64,000 nt of DNA from Sporopachydermia quercuum. Taxonomy: Eukaryota. Of the stretch, positions 1 through 10,762 are shown piece after piece. The DNA is taken from positions 868,001 through 932,000 of the forward strand of contig BCGN01000002.1 of assembly GCA_001599295.1 (NCBI GenBank). Direction: 5' to 3'. Each line of letters starts with the position of its first letter. Within the stretch, counting starts at the first letter, position 1. The translations under genes and the position numbers were made by a program. Under the pieces are notes generated by a model. It was not told the origin of the DNA. It saw nothing but the letters and a program-made list of their open reading frames with translations, and made no database searches.

Positions 1-997
1 AATCTCCTTAAAAGAAACTCATTGGATGTGATATTTCTCGGTTTGAGTGCTTCGAGAAAAAGTTATAGATTCTGCTTTGTAGTCTGCTGGAAATTTCACT
101 TGAAATCAACCCTGTATCAACAAGTCATTCCTCGCTTTATCTGATCTGTCGGTCACTACCACTGGAATTTAGCGCCATTCTTGACTCATCTGAAGCATGA
201 AAGAGATATTCCTAACAATAGAACTCTCAATTCACGCAATAATTTGTGTTTATCCGTACCCTCTAGTTCTTTGATCATAATGATCATGAATTATTACATC
301 GTAAGCAAGATTAAGTTGACTAAAATAAATTAATTCAACCGCATCTTTCGCTTAACTAATTCCATCCCAATAACTTGACAAAACAAAGCGAAAACTCCTC
401 TTTTATTTTTAAGTAACAAACCAATCCCTTGATATTTATTCATTTCATTATCTCTGATTGTCGCTTTTTTCATATCAAATTTCAATCACTACTTCATCCT
501 TTATCACTTTTTTTCACAGATCAAACTTATTTTTTTAGAATTTTCCAACCTTATTCCATACAAATCAACTTTATCCTNACTCCTTCTCTTTTGGGAAATT
601 ATTCGCTCTCGTTTATCAATTTGCTTTTTTCCTCAGGCCTTCGCAATTAAAGGGATTGAAGAATCAACGATTGAAAGATTGAAAGATTTCAAACGACTCC
701 AATTGGATGTCAGCTCGTCTTTTATATAGTTCATCACTTTCTTAGTGGTATAATACCTTGCGAGCTGTCGATATTTTCAGTGCCCTATTATATATTTCAA
801 AACCGCTTTTGATTGACTAAGCTTTAGCACAGAAAACAATTTGTTGATCAAGAACGATTGAAAGTCATTCAATATAATTGTAATATATGAACTTGTGATT
901 AAATTAAAAACTTAGAATCAGCTTCGGTACTCCAAGTGGATTTAACAATAGGGTGAGAAACGCAGTATTAAGCGCATATAATAGAGTGAGAAAAGAA

Positions 998-2899
998 ATG
1001 GTAGAACAAATTCCCACAAACATTCGTCAAGGCGGCGGAAGAGGTTCTGCTTGGACGGTTTTCAGATGGGGATTAATTGTCTACACAATTGTGAACTTCT
1101 TACTCAATAGATATCAGGCTAATCAAGAAGAACAAAACAAGCAATCGAGCCCAGATATTCCCTTGGAGACTCCTGAGGTAACTGGGTACAGTAGGCTTGA
1201 CGCTGAGACAAACAATTTACTTCCACCATTATTTGCAACAAGAGCGTGGCCAGGTAACGCTTCAGTAAGCTACTCAGCTTATTTAACTGATGATGAAGAT
1301 TTCTCTGACGATATAGAAGTTGTTTTCGCTGGAAACACTTCTGCTCTACCTGAGCCATTTGTTCTGAATTATCCTTATCCTTTTATATCTGGACAAGATG
1401 TTGATTTTGAAGGCTTGAAGAAAAGTGAAGTGGCTACATTTGATACAGATTTGAAGATTACTGACACTGTAGCAAATAATGGATCAATTTTCCTTCATTT
1501 ATTTCTAAAAGGTCCTGATGAAAAGCTTATTCATTACACGAGACAATTAAATCTTTACATTCCGAAACAAGTCACTGTCAAGAAGCATAAATTGATTGGT
1601 GAAAACACACAGAGTGATGAAATAGAAAATCAGACTGAATCAGAACTTGAATCAGAAAATGATGGTAAACANGAAATTGNTTCTTATTGGCATCCTAATA
1701 TCACGTTACTATACACACCAAACGGTCCCGATAAGTTGCCTGTGGACAGATTTCCCCCTGTTTTCATTGATGAAGTATTGATGCTTGATCCTGATAATAA
1801 AAGGGATGAAGCTACTGGCACTACTACTAAGTACTATCCAATGTTGTTCTTAAATCGTTTCTGGCAGTTAAAATCACAAATGAATATCATTGATAATAGC
1901 AATGTTACGATTCCTTTACATTTTTCATTATCTACTTCAGGTTTTACAAAACTGCAGATATTTTTAATGGTTGAAGACGCAATGATGAAACAGAATCAAG
2001 CGAAAGAAATTGAGGAAGTAAAACGATTATTATTAGATACCAATATCTATTTGTTGATAGTTACTGGAATTGTCTCTATTTTACACTCTGTTTTTGAGTT
2101 GCTAGCTTTCAAGAATGATATTAAGCACTGGAGAGGAAAGAAAGATAATCGTGGAATATCTGTTAGAAGTATTGCAGCCAATGTGGTGATGCAAACAATT
2201 GTATTACTTTATTTGGCTGACAATAATGATAACACTTCATGGATGATTTTAATAGGACAAGGTATGGGAATTTTGGTCGAAGCTTGGAAAATCACAACAA
2301 TTCTAAAAGTTGAAGTAGATTATAATCATTATTGGAATGGAATTTTAATTCCNACGCTTAATTTCGTTGATAAGAAGCAGTTGAATGAATTAGAAAAGAG
2401 GACTAATGAATATGATTCCATTGCATTCAAATATGTTTATATCATCTCTGTTCCTTTAATGATCAGTTATGCCATTTACTCTTTATACTATCAAGAGCAC
2501 AAATCATGGTATTCATTCATTGTTACTACTTTAGTTGGATTTGTTTATACATATGGATTTTTGATGTTATTGCCTTCAATCTATATTAATTATAGACTGA
2601 AATCTGTTGCTCACATGCCAAGAAAAGCTATGATCTACAAGTTCCTCAATACTTTTATTGATGATTTATTTGCATTCGTGATTAAAATGCCTTTACTGCA
2701 TCGCTTGGCCACTTTAAGAGATGATGTTGTATTTTTCATTTACCTTTATCAAACATGGGTGTATAGAGTTGATTATTCAAGAGTCAATGAGTTTGGGCAG
2801 GGTGGTAATGAAGACAATGATGAAGGAGAAGGTGAAAATAAGAATGAGAAGAAAGGAGGAGAAGATAAGGAAATTAAGGAAACCAAGAAGGAAAAATAG
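998..2899 (+). CDS. CLPTM1: CLPTM1-family multi-pass ER membrane protein (putative lipid scramblase)
   Basis: Family motifs YWHPNITL, FELLAFKNDI.HW, EHKSWYSF, LYINY.LKSVAHMP-like, YKFLNTFIDDLFAF.IKMP.LHRLA..RDDVVF.IYLYQ.W.YRVD..RVNEFG. First in-frame ATG is at 998; the ORF track starts at GTG 953. Confidence 0.93.
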   Translation: MVEQIPTNIRQGGGRGSAWTVFRWGLIVYTIVNFLLNRYQANQEEQNKQSSPDIPLETPEVTGYSRLDAETNNLLPPLFATRAWPGNASVSYSAYLTDDEDFSDDIEVVFAGNTSALPEPFVLNYPYPFISGQDVDFEGLKKSEVATFDTDLKITDTVANNGSIFLHLFLKGPDEKLIHYTRQLNLYIPKQVTVKKHKLIGENTQSDEIENQTESELESENDGKXEIXSYWHPNITLLYTPNGPDKLPVDRFPPVFIDEVLMLDPDNKRDEATGTTTKYYPMLFLNRFWQLKSQMNIIDNSNVTIPLHFSLSTSGFTKLQIFLMVEDAMMKQNQAKEIEEVKRLLLDTNIYLLIVTGIVSILHSVFELLAFKNDIKHWRGKKDNRGISVRSIAANVVMQTIVLLYLADNNDNTSWMILIGQGMGILVEAWKITTILKVEVDYNHYWNGILIXTLNFVDKKQLNELEKRTNEYDSIAFKYVYIISVPLMISYAIYSLYYQEHKSWYSFIVTTLVGFVYTYGFLMLLPSIYINYRLKSVAHMPRKAMIYKFLNTFIDDLFAFVIKMPLLHRLATLRDDVVFFIYLYQTWVYRVDYSRVNEFGQGGNEDNDEGEGENKNEKKGGEDKEIKETKKEK

Positions 2900-3466
2900 T
2901 TGAGTTTATGTATATATAGCGTAATTTTCTATGTAAAATAATTAATGATTAATATTTAATAACAATCAACATATTATACAATCTACAATAAAATACTATG
3001 ACATTGCGAATGATCTACAAGTAATTCCACTCCACTCAAAACCAATAATCACAATTAGAATTGGAAAGTTATACTATCACCATCTCGGCATCAATCAACA
3101 TAAAATTTCAATANGTTCTAGTGCTCGATGTTTCGTCCGTTTCATCGCTTGAGAGACTATTATAGTTCGAGTCCTCTTGAATCAGCCATAGAAAGTCTTA
3201 GTTAAGGTGATTATTAGGGTCACAGATTCCATTAATCTTTCTCAAAATGTTTGTCTGCAAACTAAAATCACTTTCTATATTCTGCATTACACCTAACTTA
3301 GCCAGTACATAAATGTTTCTGTCGATTGAGCTTTGAACTCGTTCAATTGGCAAAAATTATAATTCAGTTATATTTTTGATCCTCATGAATAAAACCATTT
3401 TCAAGACCAACTGACATGTGGACTATAAATTTATTAACAATAAAGTTTCTCATGTAAAGCCCATCT

Positions 3467-3542
3467 CGCGTTGAAGAGACGTGTCGCTGCCTAATTGGGA
3501 TGAGTGTTTATTTCATCCATCGCGTTTATGGGTAGTACGCGT
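3467..3542. promoter_or_regulatory. Cluster of cell-cycle elements: three CGCG cores (MCB-like) plus an Mcm1-type box
   Basis: CGCG at 3467 and 3521, perfect ACGCGT at 3537-3542, CCTAATTGGG at 3490-3499, all in otherwise CpG-poor DNA. Confidence 0.5.
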
Positions 3543-4983
3543 CGGTCAAGTCGTTGTGAAAAGTTTTTGATNAAAAGTGTATTCTCAGTTGACAAATAGT
3601 GAAGAAAACTTGAATTAATTAACCAAATTATGGGTGAAAAAAAAAATGAAAAACAATCGAAAATATAATAGTTGCCAGATATTGGTAATAGGAATTGAAC
3701 CCTTGAAGAATTGTGTTCTCTAAGTGATTGGATTGTTTGCAAATATATTGTCAATTCTACCTCAAAATATAGTTATGGATAAATTTTGAAGTTATTATTT
3801 ACTAGTTTTTATTATCCTTAAAGTGAATCCCAAAAGATAATGAATTGGTTATATCTAGTATGTCTAGACTCTTAACTCTGTGGCATCAGAAGTTAAAGAA
3901 TTAACAACTTCCATGTTTTCTAAAAGAGTAACTNCATATGATCCTAATTTTATATTGTCCAACAAGTACCAAATAATATTGACTTGGTAAGTCATATTGA
4001 CCAATGGAAATTATACACTAGTAATGATCAAATTATCGGTTTCTCCATTAATCTNTTGCTTTTCTTAATAGTATCTTAAGTTCAGTTAGAATAATAGCAC
4101 CTCTTGATAAAGAACTGTTAGGCTCTTCTCTTATTCAATTGAAATAGTGCACTTCCCAAACTTACTTTCTTGCTTAATCACTTTACTGGAAACTTCACAA
4201 ACGACTGCTTTGAAGGCTACAGATATCAATATTTACCCTAGAGTGAATGATGTTTATTTCTTCTATATAAGTTTGCACTTTTCTTCATCTCCGTGTTTAA
4301 TTAATTATTTAACCTCTTCTTTACTCTCTCACCTCATGTCTTCAACCATACTCCTTCAAATGTTAAAGTTAAGATTAGTGTTTAGGTTTAAAAGGCTTTG
4401 AACTCTATTTTGATTTTCAGCATTTGGAGTAGCTTCCTTGGTTGTTAGGTGAATGAATCATTCTTTTACTTTACTCTTAGAATTCATCAGAAACTGAATA
4501 TCATCTCAATTATTATTTGGATAAACTCAAATAGATAGAATTTGCCTTAGTTTCTTATTTGAATTTTAGAGTGGACCACTAGTAAGTCATTTCAAATCCT
4601 GATATTGAAACCATTAGAGACGCTCCCAATCCCACTTGAACTAATCGATTTCAATCATAAACAGGAGAAAAAAAGAAAACTTTATTCTCTTTACACATCC
4701 AAACGTTAAATAGCGTTCAAGCCTTACTTACATACGAACTTTATCCTGGGTTAATTGATTTTTACTCAAATCGTTAAAGTCTCTCGTCATTCTATGCGAA
4801 ATCCTATAAATATCTGGCAACCTCCATTGATAAATTATAATTGACAAGCATTCATTTAGTGTTACTTCATTGTGAACCTATCTTCCATTTTTCAAGATCA
4901 TAAGACATTTCTCTTATTTGAAACCGAGAAGTATTCCACGGATAACATAAGTGTATAGCTCTCTCTGACTGACTGTGTTCATC

Positions 4984-6504
4984 ATGACTTCCACCTTACC
5001 GAAAAAGTTTGTCTTCAAGGAAGACGCTACACCATCAAAGCTTCAAAGTCATCAACGAAACAAATCCGAACAATTGAATCAAAGGGATTATCCACCNTCT
5101 TCACCAATTTGTCACTCAAATGGATCATCACCTGTTGTTCAGACTGTTATCTCTGGCACAACAAAGATCGGGAAATGGAATACTTTCACTTTATCGCCTG
5201 ATGGGAAAGTGAAAAAATCAAGCGTCTCAGCTAAATCATCAAGTAATGAAAGTACACCGAGACATAAGCACTCAAGGACATTGTCTTCCTCTTCCTCAAC
5301 TTCAACATCTTTTAATGATTTGAACACTTTGGGTGGTTCTAGCAGACCTTCTTCTCAACATAACCCTTTCCCCACTGATTATTCACTACCACCAAAATCA
5401 ANTGAAACGAACATTGACACTATGGGAATAACTACATCGATGACAAATGATCCACTATCATTAATAGCAACTCGTCAAAGACATCTGCTTCCTACACCTG
5501 AATCTGCTGCTATGCCAAACTTTATGTCTGAAGAGTTCATAAATTCCGATATTTCATCCAGTCCTATTTCATCGAACTTATTTTCAGTGCCCGATATTGA
5601 TATAAGTATTTTATCATCATCACCAATAGGATCAATGGACCCNTTCACAGATAACTTGATATCCCAATCACCCACTCGTACGAAAAGACAGACGAAAACA
5701 AAGAGACTTAGAAACTCCATTGTCAAGCCCTATGCTAATTCATCNCCTATTGAAATCAACCAGGCTCAGTCAAATGGAAGTGAACGCTCTAAGCACCTGT
5801 ACCAAAACCTTTCTTTATGTACTACTACCTCTTCAAAAGCTGTTTTAGCAGAAGAATCTTCCTCCTCGATGATGAATTTCAAACCCCTTGCGAGGAGACG
5901 TCAAAGCTGCGTAAGCTTTGGTGCTCTAATAAAAGCTGGAGATAATGAACCGGAATCCAAAAGACCAAAATTGAATCTATCAATATCTGTTTCTGGAAGA
6001 GCGGTTATTCAAGCATCAAAATCTGAATCTCACTCATCTCTAAGGAAACCAGATTTTTCTTTGGAATATCAACAACGAAAAAATCGAACTTTTGCTCCAA
6101 CTCCAACTCCAACTCCTACTAAAGCTACTGGATTTCCTAAACTAACAGGAACTACAGAGCTCAAGTCAACTGTTGATCCTTTACTATCAAGTGCTGTTGA
6201 CATTGATTTGAAAATGTTCTCAGATTATGATTTTGCTGACTCATTCTTCAAGCCTGAATATCCTCGAATGGCAACATTTGATAACAATCATAGCAACCAT
6301 CACTCAGAACCATTGGAAGAGCTCGACCTAAACGCTTTAATGGGTAGCCCTTCTATTCTGAATCAATCTTTGGGTGCTGGATTTTCGGGATTTATGTCAA
6401 CAGGAGGAAGTGTTACCAAAGTGTCGCATGAACACAAGTTGTATGGTGGAGCATATGAAGATGATGCTCGCTCTGCTTTAAGGAAAGTAATGGGTTTACG
6501 CTAA
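4984..6504 (+). CDS. Ser/Thr/Pro-rich disordered nuclear protein, possibly Msa1/Msa2-like G1/S regulator
   Basis: 506-aa ORF from ATG 4984 with many SP/TP sites and basic NLS-like clusters (KRQTKTKR, KRPKL). Short motifs LSISVSGRAVI and C-terminal DDARSALRKVM resemble Msa1/Msa2 as I recall them. The gene is likely real; the family call is tentative. Confidence 0.7.
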   Translation: MTSTLPKKFVFKEDATPSKLQSHQRNKSEQLNQRDYPXSSPICHSNGSSPVVQTVISGTTKIGKWNTFTLSPDGKVKKSSVSAKSSSNESTPRHKHSRTLSSSSSTSTSFNDLNTLGGSSRPSSQHNPFPTDYSLPPKSXETNIDTMGITTSMTNDPLSLIATRQRHLLPTPESAAMPNFMSEEFINSDISSSPISSNLFSVPDIDISILSSSPIGSMDXFTDNLISQSPTRTKRQTKTKRLRNSIVKPYANSXPIEINQAQSNGSERSKHLYQNLSLCTTTSSKAVLAEESSSSMMNFKPLARRRQSCVSFGALIKAGDNEPESKRPKLNLSISVSGRAVIQASKSESHSSLRKPDFSLEYQQRKNRTFAPTPTPTPTKATGFPKLTGTTELKSTVDPLLSSAVDIDLKMFSDYDFADSFFKPEYPRMATFDNNHSNHHSEPLEELDLNALMGSPSILNQSLGAGFSGFMSTGGSVTKVSHEHKLYGGAYEDDARSALRKVMGLR

Positions 6505-6860
6505 AATTGTATTGCTTGGTAGCAAAGTGATTATTATGTATATTAGCAATGTATTATATTATATAACTAGAATGCACTAGAGTAGTTTATTTTTTCAATT
6601 TACTTTCAAAGATCCTCAGTAGAAGTGATTCNACTATTCATTTTACAACTGATTATTCTTCTCCATAATTAGTAGATTCCGGATATGATTATCTTAATTG
6701 GTGAATTATCTGAATCCTCATTATTCATGATTCACGAATTTCTACGTCTTATTGGTTGGACGCCCGNTTTCATTCAATAATCAGCCCCCTTGAGGCATAA
6801 TAACAATTAATCATACAAACATTAAAAGGAGTATATAGTCGTTTCCACCGCAAATCAAAC

Positions 6861-7367
6861 CTATTTCTCGTCTTCTAACTTAATATCAGCTTCAATTTCT
6901 TCGTCATCCCATCCTAACAAAGGATCCAATTCNTTTGAACCAAGCTTCTCATTATCTTCCTTATCTAAAGCTGCTTGAGCCTTTCCTTGGACTCTAGACC
7001 TTCCTTTTTGTTCAGCATTCACCTTGGGTTTACTAATCATCTTCTTCTTTTGGACTACTTCTTCCTCTTCATCAAGATCTAAAGCGTTAACATCCTCATC
7101 AGGCACTAAATGATCTTCTACCACATTACCTGTAGCATCAAAATGTGTGACAGAACCTTCAGTGNTTTTAGAATTGGGTTTCACTATTTCCAATTCCTTC
7201 TCTTTTTCAGAAGTTCGTGTGAAAACAAGAATAATTAACGAAACAAACAGTAGAGCTGAAACATATATAAGAACTCTTTTCATAGAAGTGCTGAGAAAGG
7301 TCTTACGTCCCCCACGAGGTTTCATAAGATAAGGATAAGGCAAATCCTTAGACATAGCTCCTTGCAT
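6861..7367 (-). CDS. Uncharacterised type II single-pass membrane protein with acidic C-terminal region
   Basis: 168-aa ORF: basic N-terminus, one hydrophobic segment (VLIYVSALLFVSLIILVF), then a charged tail. Confidence 0.7.
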   Translation of the reverse strand: MQGAMSKDLPYPYLMKPRGGRKTFLSTSMKRVLIYVSALLFVSLIILVFTRTSEKEKELEIVKPNSKXTEGSVTHFDATGNVVEDHLVPDEDVNALDLDEEEEVVQKKKMISKPKVNAEQKGRSRVQGKAQAALDKEDNEKLGSXELDPLLGWDDEEIEADIKLEDEK

Positions 7368-8286
7368 TATTCTTTCAGCGCTGATGCAATTATATATACT
7401 ACAATGACCCTTGTGTTTGATTAAATATATGAATCAATGAACTTGCTCCGACTTCTAAGATCTATCAGACAATATACATATAAGAACAATTCCCAGTGGA
7501 GAACCTTCAAACAGAATGCTTAATTTATGCTCCAGATTTCAGTTTCATTTTAATGACCAGATAGCTTCCACCGGGCTGATACTTTGATCAATGAGCAGAT
7601 CATGTACTTGCTGTCATTTGCNTACTCGCTTGATCGAGCTTCTCGTCCAAAATGATGGCTTTCCTGATTATGTAATCTCTCTAATTCATAGTGTNGGGGT
7701 ATCAGAAGATAGTATACGNGACAGAACGATGGTGAGAAAGACCTATCTACACTATGTTAAATTGTCATTGTTCAAAGGAAAACTAAGCTAAATCTACATT
7801 CAAAACTTTTTGAAGACTTGTTTTCAACTCACCAACAGGAGATATACAATAAATCGTTCTATATCGTGAAATTTCCTTTACAGCAATTTTAGCTTTATCA
7901 TAATCCAGTCACCTGCCTCTTTTACCCGCTTTCAGCANCGGTGTAAAGGTGTCATCGATCATGTCTTTAATCAGGTACGCACTGGATGAGGTTTAGTGCC
8001 TTGACCATAATGAAATGAATCATTTTATGCATAAAAGATAAGATAGTGAGAAATATAAAGAAAAACTATACTTCTTCAATATAGAATGAAGAGTTGTGAT
8101 AATTACTACTGCGCGATAGGGCTCATTGAGTGTTGGACGTTTTGAACCACGCAAGCTACATAATACAACTAACCGACTAGTCCTTTTTCTATTTCATCTT
8201 TTAGTGATCCAGATTTCTTACAAAAGTTAGATATCAAAAATCAGCCACCACGTTGAGGTTCAGGTTCAGATTCTGGCCAAAACAGC

Positions 8287-9165
8287 ATGCCATTATCAAA
8301 TCCTTTTGAAGATGCGGTGAGTTTAGAAACTCAACCAGCATTCAGTGATTCTCCTGAATTCGATCAACTTGCAGAAGATATCTCAAATAGGTTGTTTGAG
8401 ATCAATTCACAGCTTGCTCAACTAGGTCGGTTGGTTAGCTCTTTATCATCATCTAAGGACACTAGCAATGTTCAAGGGAAACATTTCAGCAGAGAAAAGA
8501 ATACAGAAATAAATGGTAAGTCGTTGAAAATTTCTCAAGATCTAACAGACTCATTCAAACAATTGTCTAGACTAGTGAAGGAATTACAAGACTGGGGAGA
8601 CATCACGCCATCGCAAAAATTCACACAGCAAAAACTAGGTAGGGAGTTCACAGTTTCCCTTCAAGAATTTCAAACGTTACAACATTCATTAGCAGATGAA
8701 CAAAAACTCGATATTAATGAGGCTAAATCAATAATACAGAAGAAGAAACAANTCACTGGACCAGCAGCTGATATTGATGGGGAGCTATCTTATAGTGATG
8801 AGCCTCAAAATGCCCAAGAACAGTCATTGGAGCTGATATCGGAATCTGAGTTGACGGAGGAAGAAATGAGATATCAACAACAACTAATCAATGAAAGAGA
8901 GGAAGAAATACAGAANATTGAAAGAGGAATTACTGAGTTGAACGAGATTTTTACAGATCTGGGATCTATTGTTACCGAGCAAGGTAATGTTCTCGATAAC
9001 ATAGAAGCAAATATCTACAACTATGCATCCAATACAAAAGCTGCAGCTTCAGAGTTGACCAAAGCAGCTCATTATCAAAAAAGATCGAAGGGTAAAATGT
9101 TTTGTTTTTTGGTGATCTTACTTACAATCCTGGCAGCTGTGATTTTGACTTTAATATTTGGCTGA
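8287..9165 (+). CDS. PEP12: Endosomal/vacuolar syntaxin (Qa-SNARE, Pep12/Vam3 type)
   Basis: Habc region, SNARE motif EREEEIQ.IERGITELNEIFTDLG.IVTEQG..LDNIEANI, C-terminal TM helix. Confidence 0.85.
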   Translation: MPLSNPFEDAVSLETQPAFSDSPEFDQLAEDISNRLFEINSQLAQLGRLVSSLSSSKDTSNVQGKHFSREKNTEINGKSLKISQDLTDSFKQLSRLVKELQDWGDITPSQKFTQQKLGREFTVSLQEFQTLQHSLADEQKLDINEAKSIIQKKKQXTGPAADIDGELSYSDEPQNAQEQSLELISESELTEEEMRYQQQLINEREEEIQXIERGITELNEIFTDLGSIVTEQGNVLDNIEANIYNYASNTKAAASELTKAAHYQKRSKGKMFCFLVILLTILAAVILTLIFG

Positions 9166-10762
9166 ACAGTTTTTTCTTGCGTTATCGTGACAAAAGCACT
9201 ATTATAGTAGCTACGTGCTTATCAGAAGCGTTCACAGCATAGATTATGATCAATTTACAGTATTAGTGTCAATAGTACATGTCATTTTTATGAAACTTCA
9301 GAGGATCTTGATGGTATTCATTAGACTTATAGGAGGAAAGCAACTGAAACACCAGAAATCTACATATGTTTTGTCTTTCTCTGAAATTATTGATGAANCT
9401 GTTGAATCCTTGTCCTGAACCTCAGTATTTTGGCAAACATGAACCCAGAGATTATCATATCCAATGAGTATTACCGGCCTCTTTATGATCTAATTAAGAG
9501 CTAAGAATCTCTTAATCCTTTGGTAGTAGGAAGATGTAATTCCTCTTTCTTATTCTTTCTGTTCTTTATAACCTAGGAAAGTCATCCATTCCTATAGTAC
9601 TTCACTTAATAGATTTACTCAGTATAAGCAATGAGAAACCCCATACTATACGTTCCAAATAGGTGCCTTACCTATTTCATCATTCTCCACCGTTATCTAA
9701 TCAAACTTCCTTGCATTCCGTTCCTATTCAAAACAAGAAGTATGTAAATAAGTTTATACCCCTGTATCTCAACTTGATTCCTTCATAATAGAACTTGATC
9801 CGGTCTTCTATCAATTATCTTGCCTTATTGAGAAAACTCATGGGCTTCTATGACCCTTTTCAGTTCAATTTCCAAACTTTATTTTCAATCCTGGGTGTTC
9901 AAAGGTTTCATTCTATCAGCACGGTTTGTTGATTGGGCATAACAATAACCTGACAGGATTTTTAATAAAATTTTCCCATTATCCTTGAAATAGTTTGTAT
10001 TTCGATGGAAGTTATAAAATTACTAATTGCCGTCTGACGACTACGTTAGAATAATAGTAAATGGTGAAATATTAATATCAGATTTGATCATGCAGCGTTA
10101 TGTAAGCTTGACATTAACTTGAACTGTAATTCTAATTCAGGAACAACAATAACACACCATTTGGGTACAACAAAACTAATGAAGAAAATTGTCAACCTGA
10201 AGGTNTAATTACTTTGATACTATAAAGAGACAGGGCGGAAACATAGATAAAAGAAAACAGTTACATTGCTATTACTTCCAACAGGAGTGAGAATTAAATG
10301 GATGAATTAGGGAAGAAGTAAATTAACCTCGACGTAGTTGATCTCCGTTAAATTATCTTTATCTTTTTGCGTTCGAGAAGCTCTGAATTTAATTCTAGTT
10401 AAGAGCTATTACTGCAATTACAATTATACTACAGCTGGAAGGTCTCAATTGTTATTTCCTTTAATTCGATCTCCAAACCAAACATTGTTTTTTTTCTTCC
10501 TTTAACTATTAGTTATNCTTAAGGAGTGGTTACAGATAATTGTATTAAGAATTAGCCTGGAGATCATTTGAATCAGAATTGTATTTGATTCAGATCTATT
10601 GCTGACACTTGATTTAGTTGCAAGCTCATGCTTTCAATTGAATGGATATCAATACATATCAATAATCAATTGAGTCACATCAAGGTGTCTGAAANTCTTT
10701 GTCCTTGAATAATTCAGCTATAAACATAAACTAGAAAGATATATTACTGTTTACTGATAATA

